Positions 21,123 through 30,707 of a stretch of DNA of 64,000 nt are shown here, piece by piece. Each line of letters begins with the position of its first letter. Position 1 is the first letter of the stretch. The notes beneath the pieces were generated by a model, which was given only the letters and a program-made list of their open reading frames with translations, was not told the DNA's origin and did no database searches. This stretch comes from an uncultured Methanosarcinaceae archaeon (GTDB lineage: Archaea > Halobacteriota > Methanosarcinia > Methanosarcinales > Methanosarcinaceae): assembly GCA_963847185.1 (NCBI GenBank), contig CAWJYV010000007.1:576001-640000 (forward strand), read 5' to 3'. Made by a program: the position numbers and the translations under genes.

Positions 21123-21377
21123 GCAAATGTTCCTCGTATTGTTTTTCTGTAGTTCTAACCTTTTCTTTCATCTTCACTGAGATGTATATAAATTCTTCTG
21201 TTGATATAATTTAAATTGTTGACTGTCAGATTAGAAACAGGGAGAATTTCATTGGCCGTATATTTGTCTGATTCTGCTTGAAAAAAGTGTTATTTTTCAC
21301 TTAAAGTGTAAATCAGCACATATAAATAAATAAAAAACAATTTAAAGTTTCAGATAAATCAAGGAGGAATAGAAATC

Positions 21378-21896
21378 TTGTTTAAAAAGTGGTTTATACT
21401 ACTTATAGTGCTTTCCTGCACTATTTTTGCTGTTTCTTCGGGTTGCAGCGAAAGTGGAGAAGACAAAAATACAGATACAGTCGGAAATAGTGAGGAAAGT
21501 GATTCTGCAAATACAGTTGAAGAGAATAAAGAAGGCTCCTCTGGAAATTCAGTGGAGGATATGAAAGTGGAGTCAAGTGGAAACTCTGATGACTGGTGCC
21601 CTGTAGGCTCTTCCTGGAAAACAAAAAACCCTCAGACAGGGGAAGAGGTCACCATGAAAGTTGTAGGATCCGAAACTATTGACGGAGTAAAGATGTGCAA
21701 AGCCGTTTACGAAACTAATTCCGAAGACGAAGATTTTTCCAAAGTAGAATATCTGTGGTCTGAAGACGGAAATACCTTCTTCTGGACTGCATATAACGAA
21801 TCCGGAGAAAAAGTTTCCGAATTCAGCATGAAAGATGGTAAAATGAAGACTGTCGATCAAGAAGGCAACGTAATGGAATATAGCCAGAATTCATAA
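21378..21896 (+). CDS. Predicted lipoprotein
   Basis: Basic N-terminus, hydrophobic stretch, SSGC lipobox, acidic linker; GGAGG RBS with TTG start. Confidence 0.75.
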   Translation: MFKKWFILLIVLSCTIFAVSSGCSESGEDKNTDTVGNSEESDSANTVEENKEGSSGNSVEDMKVESSGNSDDWCPVGSSWKTKNPQTGEEVTMKVVGSETIDGVKMCKAVYETNSEDEDFSKVEYLWSEDGNTFFWTAYNESGEKVSEFSMKDGKMKTVDQEGNVMEYSQNS

Positions 21897-22335
21897 AAAG
21901 AGTGTAAGATCTATCTTTCTTTCTGCTAACTGATAATTTACGATTTTTCCTATTCTGCAAATGTAGAAAAACGGAGTATGTTAAAGGAAATCCAAAAATT
22001 TCCTTGTTTTTTCTTAAAATTGGCTATTTACCTTATTAGCGCCATTTCCTTAATTTTATTTAACCATAATTTTTGTAACTTTTACATTTACTTTATTCCT
22101 TAGATTAACTAACGAATTTTAATGAGATATTTAGATATTTTTTAATAGCTTCTCCAGTTTTCTGCTTTTTTTGAATTTTAACCTGGATCAAGAATTTACT
22201 TATATTTATAAATCTGATATATCTATAATATAAGGTTAAACTAATATATTAAAAATATATGAATATCTTAACACTTTAAAACTAGAATAACATTAAGTGT
22301 TAAAAATATTATATATTTTGAGCACATAGTAGAAC

Positions 22336-22530
22336 TTGCGTTCTCATCCTTTCAACACCCCACTAGTAATATCTACTCCACAAATAAGGGGGCAAAACGG
22401 AAAGTAGAGGATTAAACACAGCTAAACTCGCAGCCCGTAAGCCCAGTATCTCAGTATCTCTTCCCAGACAAAAATAATAAGCATCTCTTTATACCGTTCG
22501 GAACTTCCAGGTTTTTGGATGAGGGCGCAA
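22336..22530 (+). ncRNA. Candidate structured sRNA (~195 nt)
   Basis: Ends pair over 14 bp with two G-U wobbles; TTATATA about 25 nt upstream; T-rich tract downstream. Confidence 0.45.
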
Positions 22531-22590
22531 ATTTATTTTCAAGTTTTTACAATAGTTCATAGTCTCTGTTCTTCTTTTCCATCAGCTAGC

Positions 22591-22626
22591 CTTTCAGGAT
22601 AGTCTTAACTTTCAGGATAGTCTTAA
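22591..22626. repeat. 18-bp tandem duplication CTTTCAGGATAGTCTTAA x2
   Basis: Read directly from the sequence. Confidence 0.85.
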
Positions 22627-22752
22627 TAATGGAAAAATAATCCTGTTTAATTCCTTTCCTAGAATCTTCATAAATTAATCCTGCTGAGGAGTTTTACTGT
22701 CAATTTTTTCGTCCACTCTTGTTAATAAAAACTAATTTTTACTTGCTTACAA

Positions 22753-22862
22753 GTTAGTCCTCTTGAGCGCAGCGAAAAGGACCTCGTGCTCCCGAAGCGA
22801 AACTCGGGAAGCGAAACTCGGGAAGCAAAATTCGGGAAGCAAAATTCGGGAAGCGAAAAGGA
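22753..22862. repeat. REP-like element with an expanded 14-bp tandem unit GAAGCrAAAyTCGG (4 full copies plus a partial)
   Basis: Units start at 22794, 22808, 22822, 22836 and 22850; related to 3231-3425. Confidence 0.85.
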
Positions 22863-22983
22863 TGTCTAGATCCCTTATGCAGAACTTGGGCAGCGTTGCC
22901 AATTTTATATATCAGGAAATAGATTATATTGATCAAGCTATCTGAAAAGAAATTTTTTGCAAAACAAAAAAGGAAAGAAAAAA

Positions 22984-24045
22984 ATGCAAATAATGATAAT
23001 AGGGGGTTTTCTCGGAAGCGGGAAGACAACTACAATATTGAAAATCAGCAGGCAACTCCGGGACGCAGGAAAACGGGTTGCAATCATTGTGAATGAGATA
23101 GGTGACATAGGACTTGATGGAGATATCCTCGCAAATCCAGGTATTGCAACTGAGGAATTAACGAGCGGATGCATCTGTTGTACACTTAGAATCAGCATGC
23201 AGTATACTCTCCAGACTCTTGAGGAAGAGTTTAAACCTGACGTTGTTATTATTGAGCCAACGGGTATTGCCTTCCCGGGACAGATTCGAGAGGAAATCGA
23301 CACAATGGGGCTTTCCGACCTCTCCTTCTCTCCGATAGTGACTCTTGTAGACCCTGGCCGGTTCGGGACTGAAGCAAAAGAGATTCCTAAATTTGTCGAG
23401 ACGCAGATAAAGGAAGCTGAAATTCTCTGCATAAATAAAATAGATATAACGCCTGTAGAAATTGTAAATTCTACAGAAAAAATGCTTCTTGAGATAAATC
23501 CTGAAGCAAAGACTCTGAAATTTTCGGCAAAACTTGGAGACAAGATATTTGAAAGTTTGCTTCTCTATCTTGCGGTTCCAGGTCTTAAGAAAATTTGTGA
23601 AGAAATTAAAAACTCAATAGAGCTTTCAGAAGTTTCGGCCTACTCAGTTCTGTATTCCTTCAAATCGGGAACTTTTAATCCTGAGAAAGGCATGAACTTC
23701 GTAGAAGAAAACCTGTTAATTATTCAGCAAAGAATTACGGAAATCAACCCTGAATTTGTAGGGCATGTCAAGCTTTCCCTAAAACTTCTTGAGTCTACGG
23801 TAAAAGGCAGTGTGACTTCCTCTAAAGAAGCTCCTCTGGTAGAACTTTTACAGGATAGGAAAAATGAAAAAATCGAACTCAGATTGCTCTCCGCAATTAC
23901 AAGAGTTCCCAAAAATAAACTTACAGAAATTGTAGAGGGCACTCTCGAAGAAAAACTTGGGGAGTCAGGAATCATTTTTGGAAAAAAGATAAAAATGGAT
24001 GCCAACAAGGAGTTAATAACGAACTTCACAGTGAAAACTAAATAG
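22984..24045 (+). CDS. CobW/COG0523-family P-loop GTPase (metallochaperone-like)
   Basis: GGFLGSGKTT, IVNEIG, GCICC, IEPTG and NKID. Confidence 0.88.
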   Translation: MQIMIIGGFLGSGKTTTILKISRQLRDAGKRVAIIVNEIGDIGLDGDILANPGIATEELTSGCICCTLRISMQYTLQTLEEEFKPDVVIIEPTGIAFPGQIREEIDTMGLSDLSFSPIVTLVDPGRFGTEAKEIPKFVETQIKEAEILCINKIDITPVEIVNSTEKMLLEINPEAKTLKFSAKLGDKIFESLLLYLAVPGLKKICEEIKNSIELSEVSAYSVLYSFKSGTFNPEKGMNFVEENLLIIQQRITEINPEFVGHVKLSLKLLESTVKGSVTSSKEAPLVELLQDRKNEKIELRLLSAITRVPKNKLTEIVEGTLEEKLGESGIIFGKKIKMDANKELITNFTVKTK

Positions 24046-24132
24046 GCAGGGGTCATACTGCTTAAAATCGAAAACTAATAATCACATTTAGTCTTTTCGG
24101 AACTTTTAAAAAGTCTGAGTTCAATCATAAAA

Positions 24133-24459
24133 ATGATACGGAGTTTTGACATGAACGAGGAAATAGACGAACTTGACGCTTATTTCAGCAAAAAAGGAGA
24201 GCCAACTGAAGGAGAAGTTGTCAAAATGGAACATGTGATGATGGAAAAAATTTCCATAAATCCCGCAAGAAGAAAGCTTTTAAGAATAGTTGGGGTCTTT
24301 GGGAAGACTGAGAAACAGTTAAAAGAAGAATCAGGATTAAACGATTTCTTCTACAAGTTCAATATGGATTTCCTGCTCAAAGAGGAACTCCTTAAATTCG
24401 AAGACGGGATGTATCGGCTTACAGATGCGGGAATTGCGTTGCACGACTCTGTATGTTGA
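24133..24459 (+). CDS. Small winged-helix-like hypothetical protein
   Basis: NPARRKLLR...FLLKEELL...YRLTDAG pattern. Confidence 0.6.
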   Translation: MIRSFDMNEEIDELDAYFSKKGEPTEGEVVKMEHVMMEKISINPARRKLLRIVGVFGKTEKQLKEESGLNDFFYKFNMDFLLKEELLKFEDGMYRLTDAGIALHDSVC

Positions 24460-24697
24460 ATAAAATATTATAATATTTTTTCCTTATTTTATATCCCCTT
24501 CAATAATATATTTTTGACAGTCTGCACCTTACCCACATCCTGTTTTTGAAGTCTTCCTTTTGCTAAAAAGCGATAAGTTTTTATGTTTATCTGGTGAATG
24601 CGTTATGACTAAACTTATCGGTATTCTATGGAAGTTTCAAAACGCTCTATCCAATTTCCAGATACATATCGAGCAACAAAAAGGAGTGTGAAGAAAT

Positions 24698-24880
24698 ATG
24701 CCAGCATTAGTTAATGCAGATGAATGTTCAGGATGTGGAACCTGTATCGATGAATGTCCCTCTGAAGCAATTACCCTTGATGAAGAAAAGGGACTTGCAG
24801 TTGTCGACCAGGATGAATGTGTAGAGTGCGGTGCATGTGAAGAAGCATGCCCGAATCAGGCAATCAAGGTACAAGAGTAA
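24698..24880 (+). CDS. 2x[4Fe-4S] ferredoxin
   Basis: CSGCGTC..ECP and CVECGAC..ACP; acidic; AAGGAG RBS. Confidence 0.95.
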   Translation: MPALVNADECSGCGTCIDECPSEAITLDEEKGLAVVDQDECVECGACEEACPNQAIKVQE

Positions 24881-24893
24881 AACGGGAATTAAT

Positions 24894-24933
24894 ATGGAAT
24901 AATCTTTTTATTCCATTTTTCTTTTTCCTTTTT
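24894..24933 (+). terminator. Hairpin plus T-tract after the ferredoxin gene
   Basis: ATGGAATAA...TTATTCCAT followed by TTTCTTTTTCCTTTTT. Confidence 0.55.
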
Positions 24934-24971
24934 ACAAAACATTTCTTATCTCTCCGGAGGTAGCTTTTTAG

Positions 24972-26000
24972 ATGGTAGCAGTTAAAGCGGGTATTTTAGG
25001 CGCCACAGGCGCTGTCGGGCAAAGATTTGTAGAAGCACTGGCAAACCATCCATGGTTTGAGATAACAGCCCTTGCAGCATCAGAAAGGAGCGCCGGCAAA
25101 ACATACAAAGAAGCGGCAGGCTGGCGATTAGATACAGCAATGCCGGAAAGCGTTGAAAATATAGAAGTTGTTCCAGTAGACCCGAGTGCCGTTGATGCGG
25201 ACGTGGTCTTTTCTGCCCTTCCTGCAGATCTTGCCGTCACAGTGGAGCCTGCTTTTGCAAAAGCCGGATTTGCAGTGGCAAGTAATGCTTCATCTTACAG
25301 GATGGAAAAGGATATCCCTCTGGTAATTCCTGAGGTAAATCCCGAACATCTTGGGCTCCTTGATGTTCAGCAGGACACACGGGGCTGGGACGGGTATATT
25401 ATCACAAACCCAAACTGCTCCACAATTGTCATGACCATTACATTAAAGCCTCTTATGAAGTTCGGACTCGAAACCGTGCAGGTAGCCACGATGCAGGCTA
25501 TTTCCGGAGCGGGTTTTTCCGGAGTTCCTGCTATGGCAATATACGACAATATCATTCCTTACATCGGAAGCGAAGAGAATAAAATGGAAACAGAGACTTT
25601 AAAACTCCTTGGGGAATTTAACGGCTCTGAAATCGTGCCTGCAGACTTGGAGGTAAGTGCATCCTGTCACAGAGTCCCTGTCGTTGACGGGCACACAGAA
25701 GCTATCTGGGCTGGGATGAGAGACATGCCAACTCCGGAAGAAGTGAGGGAGGCTTTCCTCAAATTTGACCCTAAATTGGGAGAACTTCCTTCCGAACCTA
25801 AAAAAGCCCTGATAGTCAGAGACGAAGTCGACAGACCTCAGCCACGCCTTGATCGCAACATGGGAAAAGGCATGAGCGTCTCGGTGGGCCGCATAAGAGA
25901 AGGAATTCGTTACATTGCAATGGGGCACAACACTATCCGCGGAGCCGCAGGAGCAAGTGTCCTGAATGCAGAGCTTCTTCATTCCATGGGTAAACTCTGA
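24972..26000 (+). CDS. asd: Aspartate-semialdehyde dehydrogenase
   Basis: [12 protein letters not shown], catalytic NPNCST, QAISGAG and HNTIRGAAG. Confidence 0.96.
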   Translation: MVAVKAGILGATGAVGQRFVEALANHPWFEITALAASERSAGKTYKEAAGWRLDTAMPESVENIEVVPVDPSAVDADVVFSALPADLAVTVEPAFAKAGFAVASNASSYRMEKDIPLVIPEVNPEHLGLLDVQQDTRGWDGYIITNPNCSTIVMTITLKPLMKFGLETVQVATMQAISGAGFSGVPAMAIYDNIIPYIGSEENKMETETLKLLGEFNGSEIVPADLEVSASCHRVPVVDGHTEAIWAGMRDMPTPEEVREAFLKFDPKLGELPSEPKKALIVRDEVDRPQPRLDRNMGKGMSVSVGRIREGIRYIAMGHNTIRGAAGASVLNAELLHSMGKL

Positions 26001-26188
26001 ATCTTTGGTGAATGGAATTGATAGGAATGAAAAATAAAAGTCTAGAGCCCGGTAAAAGGCTGGAAGTTTAGACTTTTACTTCCAATTTCTTTTTTTAAAT
26101 TATTTTTAATCCATTGAACTTTTAGTAATTAAAAAAGCACTATTTTTATAATTATACCTCTAATATTATCTTTTGTTCTTTCTGAGTT

Positions 26189-27379
26189 TCAGGCAAAAAC
26201 CTTTCTTGCCGCTTCCTCTGCTCTTCTGATTACTTCTTTTAGAGGAACGCCGCTATTTTTCGCTACTTTTTTGCAGTCCTCAAATTCGGCTGAGATATTG
26301 AGCAAGACACCTTCAGAATCTCTGGCTATCTTGACTGAGATTTCATAGATCTGCCCTTCTACCTCAAGTTTAATCATTTCGATTTTTCGGGCAGCCATAA
26401 GCCTGTGCCGGGTAGGAATTACCCTTACGCCTAGAGAGCCAGTTTCGGTAATGATTTTCCGGGCAAGTTTCGCACTATCTTCGGGTTTTGCAATAACCTT
26501 AATGATATGGGCAGGTCTTCCTTTTTTCATCGTTGCAGGGATTATTGCAACATCTCTTGCTCCCATAGAGAGAAGCTCTTCAAAAAGATTGCCTAAAACT
26601 TCTCCACTAACATCGTCGGCATTGGTCTCAAGCACTTCAATCATGTCTGGAACCAGGCAGGAATCAAGTTCAGATATTATTCCCTGAAGCACATTGGGTC
26701 CAGCCAGCTCGGCATCTCCTGCTCCGTAGCCTATTGAAATTACTCTGCCCTGAGGAAAAGTTTCCACTGACCTTGCAAAATGGGAGAGGATAGCAGCTCC
26801 TGTAGGAGTAAGGAGTTCTTTTTTTTCACTGCCGCCTCTAAAATAGAGTTTCCCCTTCTTGAGAAGCTCAAGAGTAGCCGGAGCAGGCACAGGCAGAGTT
26901 CCATGTGCACATTCTATTGTTCCACTTCCCACATTGATAGGGGTACAGTAAATAGAGTCGCAGTTGAGAGAGTGGATGGCTGCCGAAGAGCCAATAACAT
27001 CCGCAAGGGCATCACTCTGCCCTACCTCATGGAAATGAAGTTTTTCAAGGTCAGATTGCCCGTGGACTGAAGATTCGGCTTCTGCCATCTTTAAAAAGAT
27101 ATCCAGAGCGCTTGCCTCCACTCTGGGGGGTAATTTCGCCTCCCTCACAAGATCCACGAGTTCCGGATATGTGCGCACATGTTCTTTTTCAGGCAAATTT
27201 ATCCGGATGTCCAGAGCTTTAATTCCTTTTTTCACAACTTCTTTCATTTCTACGGATACTGGTGCGGAAGCTTCTATCAGTTCTTTAACCTCTTTCCTGT
27301 CAGCTCCAAGGTCCAGTGTACATCCGAGAATCATATCCCCTGCTGCCCCTGAAAACGGATTGAATACAAGTGCTTTCAT
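26189..27379 (-). CDS. larC: Nickel-pincer cofactor nickel insertase LarC
   Basis: SGAAGDM, HFHEVG, CAHG.LPVPAPAT, ELLTPTGAA, LETNADD, MKKGRP and EFEDC. Confidence 0.93.
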   Translation of the reverse strand: MKALVFNPFSGAAGDMILGCTLDLGADRKEVKELIEASAPVSVEMKEVVKKGIKALDIRINLPEKEHVRTYPELVDLVREAKLPPRVEASALDIFLKMAEAESSVHGQSDLEKLHFHEVGQSDALADVIGSSAAIHSLNCDSIYCTPINVGSGTIECAHGTLPVPAPATLELLKKGKLYFRGGSEKKELLTPTGAAILSHFARSVETFPQGRVISIGYGAGDAELAGPNVLQGIISELDSCLVPDMIEVLETNADDVSGEVLGNLFEELLSMGARDVAIIPATMKKGRPAHIIKVIAKPEDSAKLARKIITETGSLGVRVIPTRHRLMAARKIEMIKLEVEGQIYEISVKIARDSEGVLLNISAEFEDCKKVAKNSGVPLKEVIRRAEEAARKVFA

Positions 27380-27417
27380 AAAGACCCCTTTCTGTTTCGT
27401 TTCCAATTACTTCCAGT

Positions 27418-28224
27418 TTATTCTTCTTCATGCTTCGTTTTTTCATCCTTGCAATGTGCTCTGGCAGCTGCAATCATGTTTGCTATTCTGGCAGCATACG
27501 CTCCTGCAACAAAACCTGCATCAATATTCACTACTGCAAGGGTCGAACAGGATTGGAGCATCGCCAGCAAGGCAGCCTTTCCTCCACCACCTGCTCCGTA
27601 ACCCGTAGATACAGGAAGCCCGATCACAGGTACATCAACAAGTCCCGAAACAATCGTAGGGAGCGTCCCTTCCCTTCCGGCCGCAACAACAACTGCTCCT
27701 GGATTCACGGCTTTTAACTTCTGGATTTCGGGAATGAGTCTGTGGATTCCTGCGACCCCTACGTCATATACAGCAACAGTTTCACATCCCATCTCGGAAG
27801 CTACAACCCTGGCCTCTTCTGCAGCCGGAATGTCTGCCGTGCCTGCAGAAATAATCCCTATAACTCCTCCTGTTTTAGGGGCAGGAGTACCGTCATGGAC
27901 AACAACTGTACGGGCTCGGCTGTTCCACTCAATCTTATCGTCGCCAAATGTTGCCTTCAGGGCTTCTAGGTGCTTTGTAGAGACACGGGTAACCAGGGCT
28001 CTTTTGCTCTGTGAAACCATGACTCTGGCAATTTCCGCCACATCCTCAGGTTCTTTGCAGTCGGCAAGGATAGCTTCGACTACTCCTGTCCTGCTTTTTC
28101 TATGGGAATCAAGTTTTGCAATGTCTGAATAGGAGACAAAACCAAGGCCACGGGCCTGATGTTCCGCAGTCTCAATATCCATTTTTCCGTCTTTAACAGC
28201 TCTTAGTATATCAGTAAGATCCAT
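27418..28224 (-). CDS. larB: Nickel-pincer cofactor biosynthesis protein LarB
   Basis: AGTADIP.AEEA, DVGVAGIHRL, AGREG.LP, P.STGYG and VVNIDAGF. Confidence 0.93.
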   Translation of the reverse strand: MDLTDILRAVKDGKMDIETAEHQARGLGFVSYSDIAKLDSHRKSRTGVVEAILADCKEPEDVAEIARVMVSQSKRALVTRVSTKHLEALKATFGDDKIEWNSRARTVVVHDGTPAPKTGGVIGIISAGTADIPAAEEARVVASEMGCETVAVYDVGVAGIHRLIPEIQKLKAVNPGAVVVAAGREGTLPTIVSGLVDVPVIGLPVSTGYGAGGGGKAALLAMLQSCSTLAVVNIDAGFVAGAYAARIANMIAAARAHCKDEKTKHEEE

Positions 28225-28448
28225 GTACCACCCTGCACCGAAAAATTACGTGCTTTAGTAATAAACAGGTTAAATATCAAGTTAAACAATAATTATTAGT
28301 TAGAGGCTCTTTAGAGTTTCGCGTATGCTTATATAAGTTTGATTTTCAGATTACTTGGGTTGTTGCTTTGCAATTTGAGGTAGAAATTCAAAATTCTAAA
28401 GCTGGATGACTAAAATTAACTGAATTTGATGAAGCCTCGAAAAGTGGA

Positions 28449-28491
28449 GATATTGTTTAATCTTTAAATAAAGTTAGCTTAAACAATATCT
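28449..28491 (-). terminator. 13-bp hairpin downstream of the aldo/keto reductase gene
   Basis: AGATATTGTTTAA / TTAAACAATATCT inverted repeat. Confidence 0.5.
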
Positions 28492-28529
28492 TTATTTTGT
28501 CTTTTCGGCACTTCGAATCGTTCTCGCTC

Positions 28530-29735
28530 TTAAGTCCGCTTGAATATCTGCTTTGCTATGGTAACTCTCTCCTCCAGATCATGTCCTTCAAGTTCTTCCA
28601 CAGTGGATTCGAGAATCGTTGGTATGTCAAGGTGCTGGGGGCACTTTTCAAGGCACTTTCCACATTGTATGCACTGGGATGCAAATTCGGGCCCTCCGAC
28701 GGATAGGATGCCACCCAACCTTGCAGCATAGAGGAACATTGCCTCGTCTGCATTGCCGGCCAGGTATAGATGGTTGTAAGATTCGAAACATAATGGAATA
28801 TTCACCCCTGCTGGACAGGGCATACAGTATCCGCAGCCTGTACAACTTACTTTCATCAGTTCACGATACTTCTGCTCTACTTCCTTTATTAGCTGCAGTT
28901 CAGCTTCAGTCAGAGAATCTGGGTATGCTTTGTCTGCTACTGCAATGTTTTCCTCAATGTGGGTTTCCTCATTCATCCCGGAGAGGACAACCGTGACCTC
29001 CTGGTGGTTCCATACCCAGCGAAGAGCCCATTCCGCTGGCGTACGTTTTACAGTTGCTTCGTTCCAGATTGTTTCAACAGCAGGAGGCACGGTTTTTGTC
29101 AGGTTCCCTCCGCGGAGTGGCTCCATAATGATTACGCCAAGTCCCTTTGAAGCTGCATATTCCAAACCCTTGGTACCTGCCTGGTTCTTTTCGTCCAGGA
29201 AATTGTACTGAATCTGACAAAAGTCCCAATCATAGGCGTCCACTATCCGATTAAAATCCTCTCCAGAGCCATGGAAGGAAAAACCTGCGTTAATTATACG
29301 GCCGTCAGCTTTGGCTTTGTCAAGGAAATCAGCTACACCCAGCTTTTTAATATTGTCCCACAGTTCGCCAACGAGAGCGTGGATGAGGTAATAGTCGATG
29401 TGGTCTGTTTTGAGTTTCTCCAGCTGAGCATTCAAGAACTTATCCATATCCTTCCGGCTCTCTATAAGCCAGGAAGGCAGTTTTGTTGCGAGTTTTACCT
29501 TTTCTCGATATCCATCAGCAAGAGCACGACCTAAGAAAGGCTCGCTCTGTTCCATGTGATAGGGCCAGGCCGTATCAACATAGTTTACTCCCCGGTCGAT
29601 TGCATAGCGTACCTGGTTAGTGGCTCTTTCTTCATCTATACTACCGTCTTCTTTTACTGGGAGACGCATGCATCCGAACCCAAGTATAGAAAGCTCGTCT
29701 CCGTTCTTAGGCATTTTTCTGTACAGCATTTTCAT
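28530..29735 (-). CDS. Aldo/keto reductase with C-terminal Fe-S (dicluster) domain
   Basis: LGFGCMRLP, DTAWPY, ATKLP, MEPLRGG, CTGCGYCMPCP and CIQCGKCLEKCPQ. Confidence 0.92.
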   Translation of the reverse strand: MKMLYRKMPKNGDELSILGFGCMRLPVKEDGSIDEERATNQVRYAIDRGVNYVDTAWPYHMEQSEPFLGRALADGYREKVKLATKLPSWLIESRKDMDKFLNAQLEKLKTDHIDYYLIHALVGELWDNIKKLGVADFLDKAKADGRIINAGFSFHGSGEDFNRIVDAYDWDFCQIQYNFLDEKNQAGTKGLEYAASKGLGVIIMEPLRGGNLTKTVPPAVETIWNEATVKRTPAEWALRWVWNHQEVTVVLSGMNEETHIEENIAVADKAYPDSLTEAELQLIKEVEQKYRELMKVSCTGCGYCMPCPAGVNIPLCFESYNHLYLAGNADEAMFLYAARLGGILSVGGPEFASQCIQCGKCLEKCPQHLDIPTILESTVEELEGHDLEERVTIAKQIFKRT

Positions 29736-29828
29736 TCACCTGGTTTCTTCAAACTATTTTTTTGTATTTTGGTATGATTTTCTGATTGGCCGGATATTCT
29801 GAGGCAAGTTAGTCTATTAATTACCATA

Positions 29829-29850
29829 TATGAGTGAGCAGTCACTCATA
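29829..29850. promoter_or_regulatory. Putative TetR operator upstream of the AKR gene
   Basis: Palindrome TATGAGTGA-GCAG-TCACTCATA. Confidence 0.6.
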
Positions 29851-29866
29851 ATTAGAATGAAAAAAA

Positions 29867-30445
29867 TTAGTTTTTAGCTAGACCTCTCCATATTATCTGG
29901 AATCCGTCCTCTATAATCTTGTTTTCATCCTGAGAGGGGTCAGAATCGAGGATAAGGTTCACTACTGCCCTGCTACCCTGATAAAACATTGAAATGGTCA
30001 GCTCCGCGGAAAAATCTCTGATCTCTCCCGTTTTTATTCCTTCATCCACAAGCTTATGGAGGAAAACATATTCTTTCATTACTTCTTCACGCGTAAATTT
30101 TGTTATGTAAGGGGATGAACAGAATAGACCGACAAAAAGGAATTCCTCCTGATTGTCTACCCCCCATCTGACTAAATTTGACCATATTTTTCTTAATTTT
30201 CCCTGAAATATATTCTCAGCTTCTATATCTTTCCCCATAGCTTGGCTTAATTCTCCTTTTACCTCAAAATACAGGTTATTGATAAGATCTTCTTTTGTAG
30301 GAAAATAGTTGAAAAGGGTACCTGTGGCTACACCTGCTTCTTTTGAAATCTGGGCAGTGGATGTACCGTGGAAGCCTCTTTCAGTGAAAAGCTTCAGGGC
30401 TGCTTCCATAATAGCTGTTTTCTTGTCTTTGACCTGTTCTTTCAT
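29867..30445 (-). CDS. TetR/AcrR family transcriptional regulator
   Basis: IMEAALKLF..RGFHGTSTAQI..EAGVATGTLFNYFPTKEDL HTH. Confidence 0.95.
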   Translation of the reverse strand: MKEQVKDKKTAIMEAALKLFTERGFHGTSTAQISKEAGVATGTLFNYFPTKEDLINNLYFEVKGELSQAMGKDIEAENIFQGKLRKIWSNLVRWGVDNQEEFLFVGLFCSSPYITKFTREEVMKEYVFLHKLVDEGIKTGEIRDFSAELTISMFYQGSRAVVNLILDSDPSQDENKIIEDGFQIIWRGLAKN

Positions 30446-30459
30446 GCGTTATCTCTGTT

Positions 30460-30479
30460 ACTGACTGATTAGTCAGTTA
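30460..30479. promoter_or_regulatory. Putative TetR autoregulatory operator
   Basis: TGACTGA-TTAG-TCAGTTA matches the TGAsTGA-N4-TCAsTCA pattern at 29831; lies between a minus-strand TATA-like box near 30500 and the start codon. Confidence 0.6.
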
Positions 30480-30707
30480 GGTTGTACTATTACGTTGTTA
30501 AATAAATAGTTTATGATTCTTTTTCTCTATCTCAGGATTTTATCATATTATGCTATAGTTTCTTTAGTCTTGTTATGAGGTAGAACTATGAGTCTAATCT
30601 TGAAAAATATGTAAAGTATATTTAAGAAAAGAATTATATAAAAACACAGCATTCTAAAGAAATATACTAATAAAGGAATTATAAGAGATCAATGGGGGAA
30701 GCGGGAG

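Noticed and set aside
22794-22862. Possible CRISPR array
   Set aside because: Contiguous 14-bp units with no spacers, and no cas genes in the window
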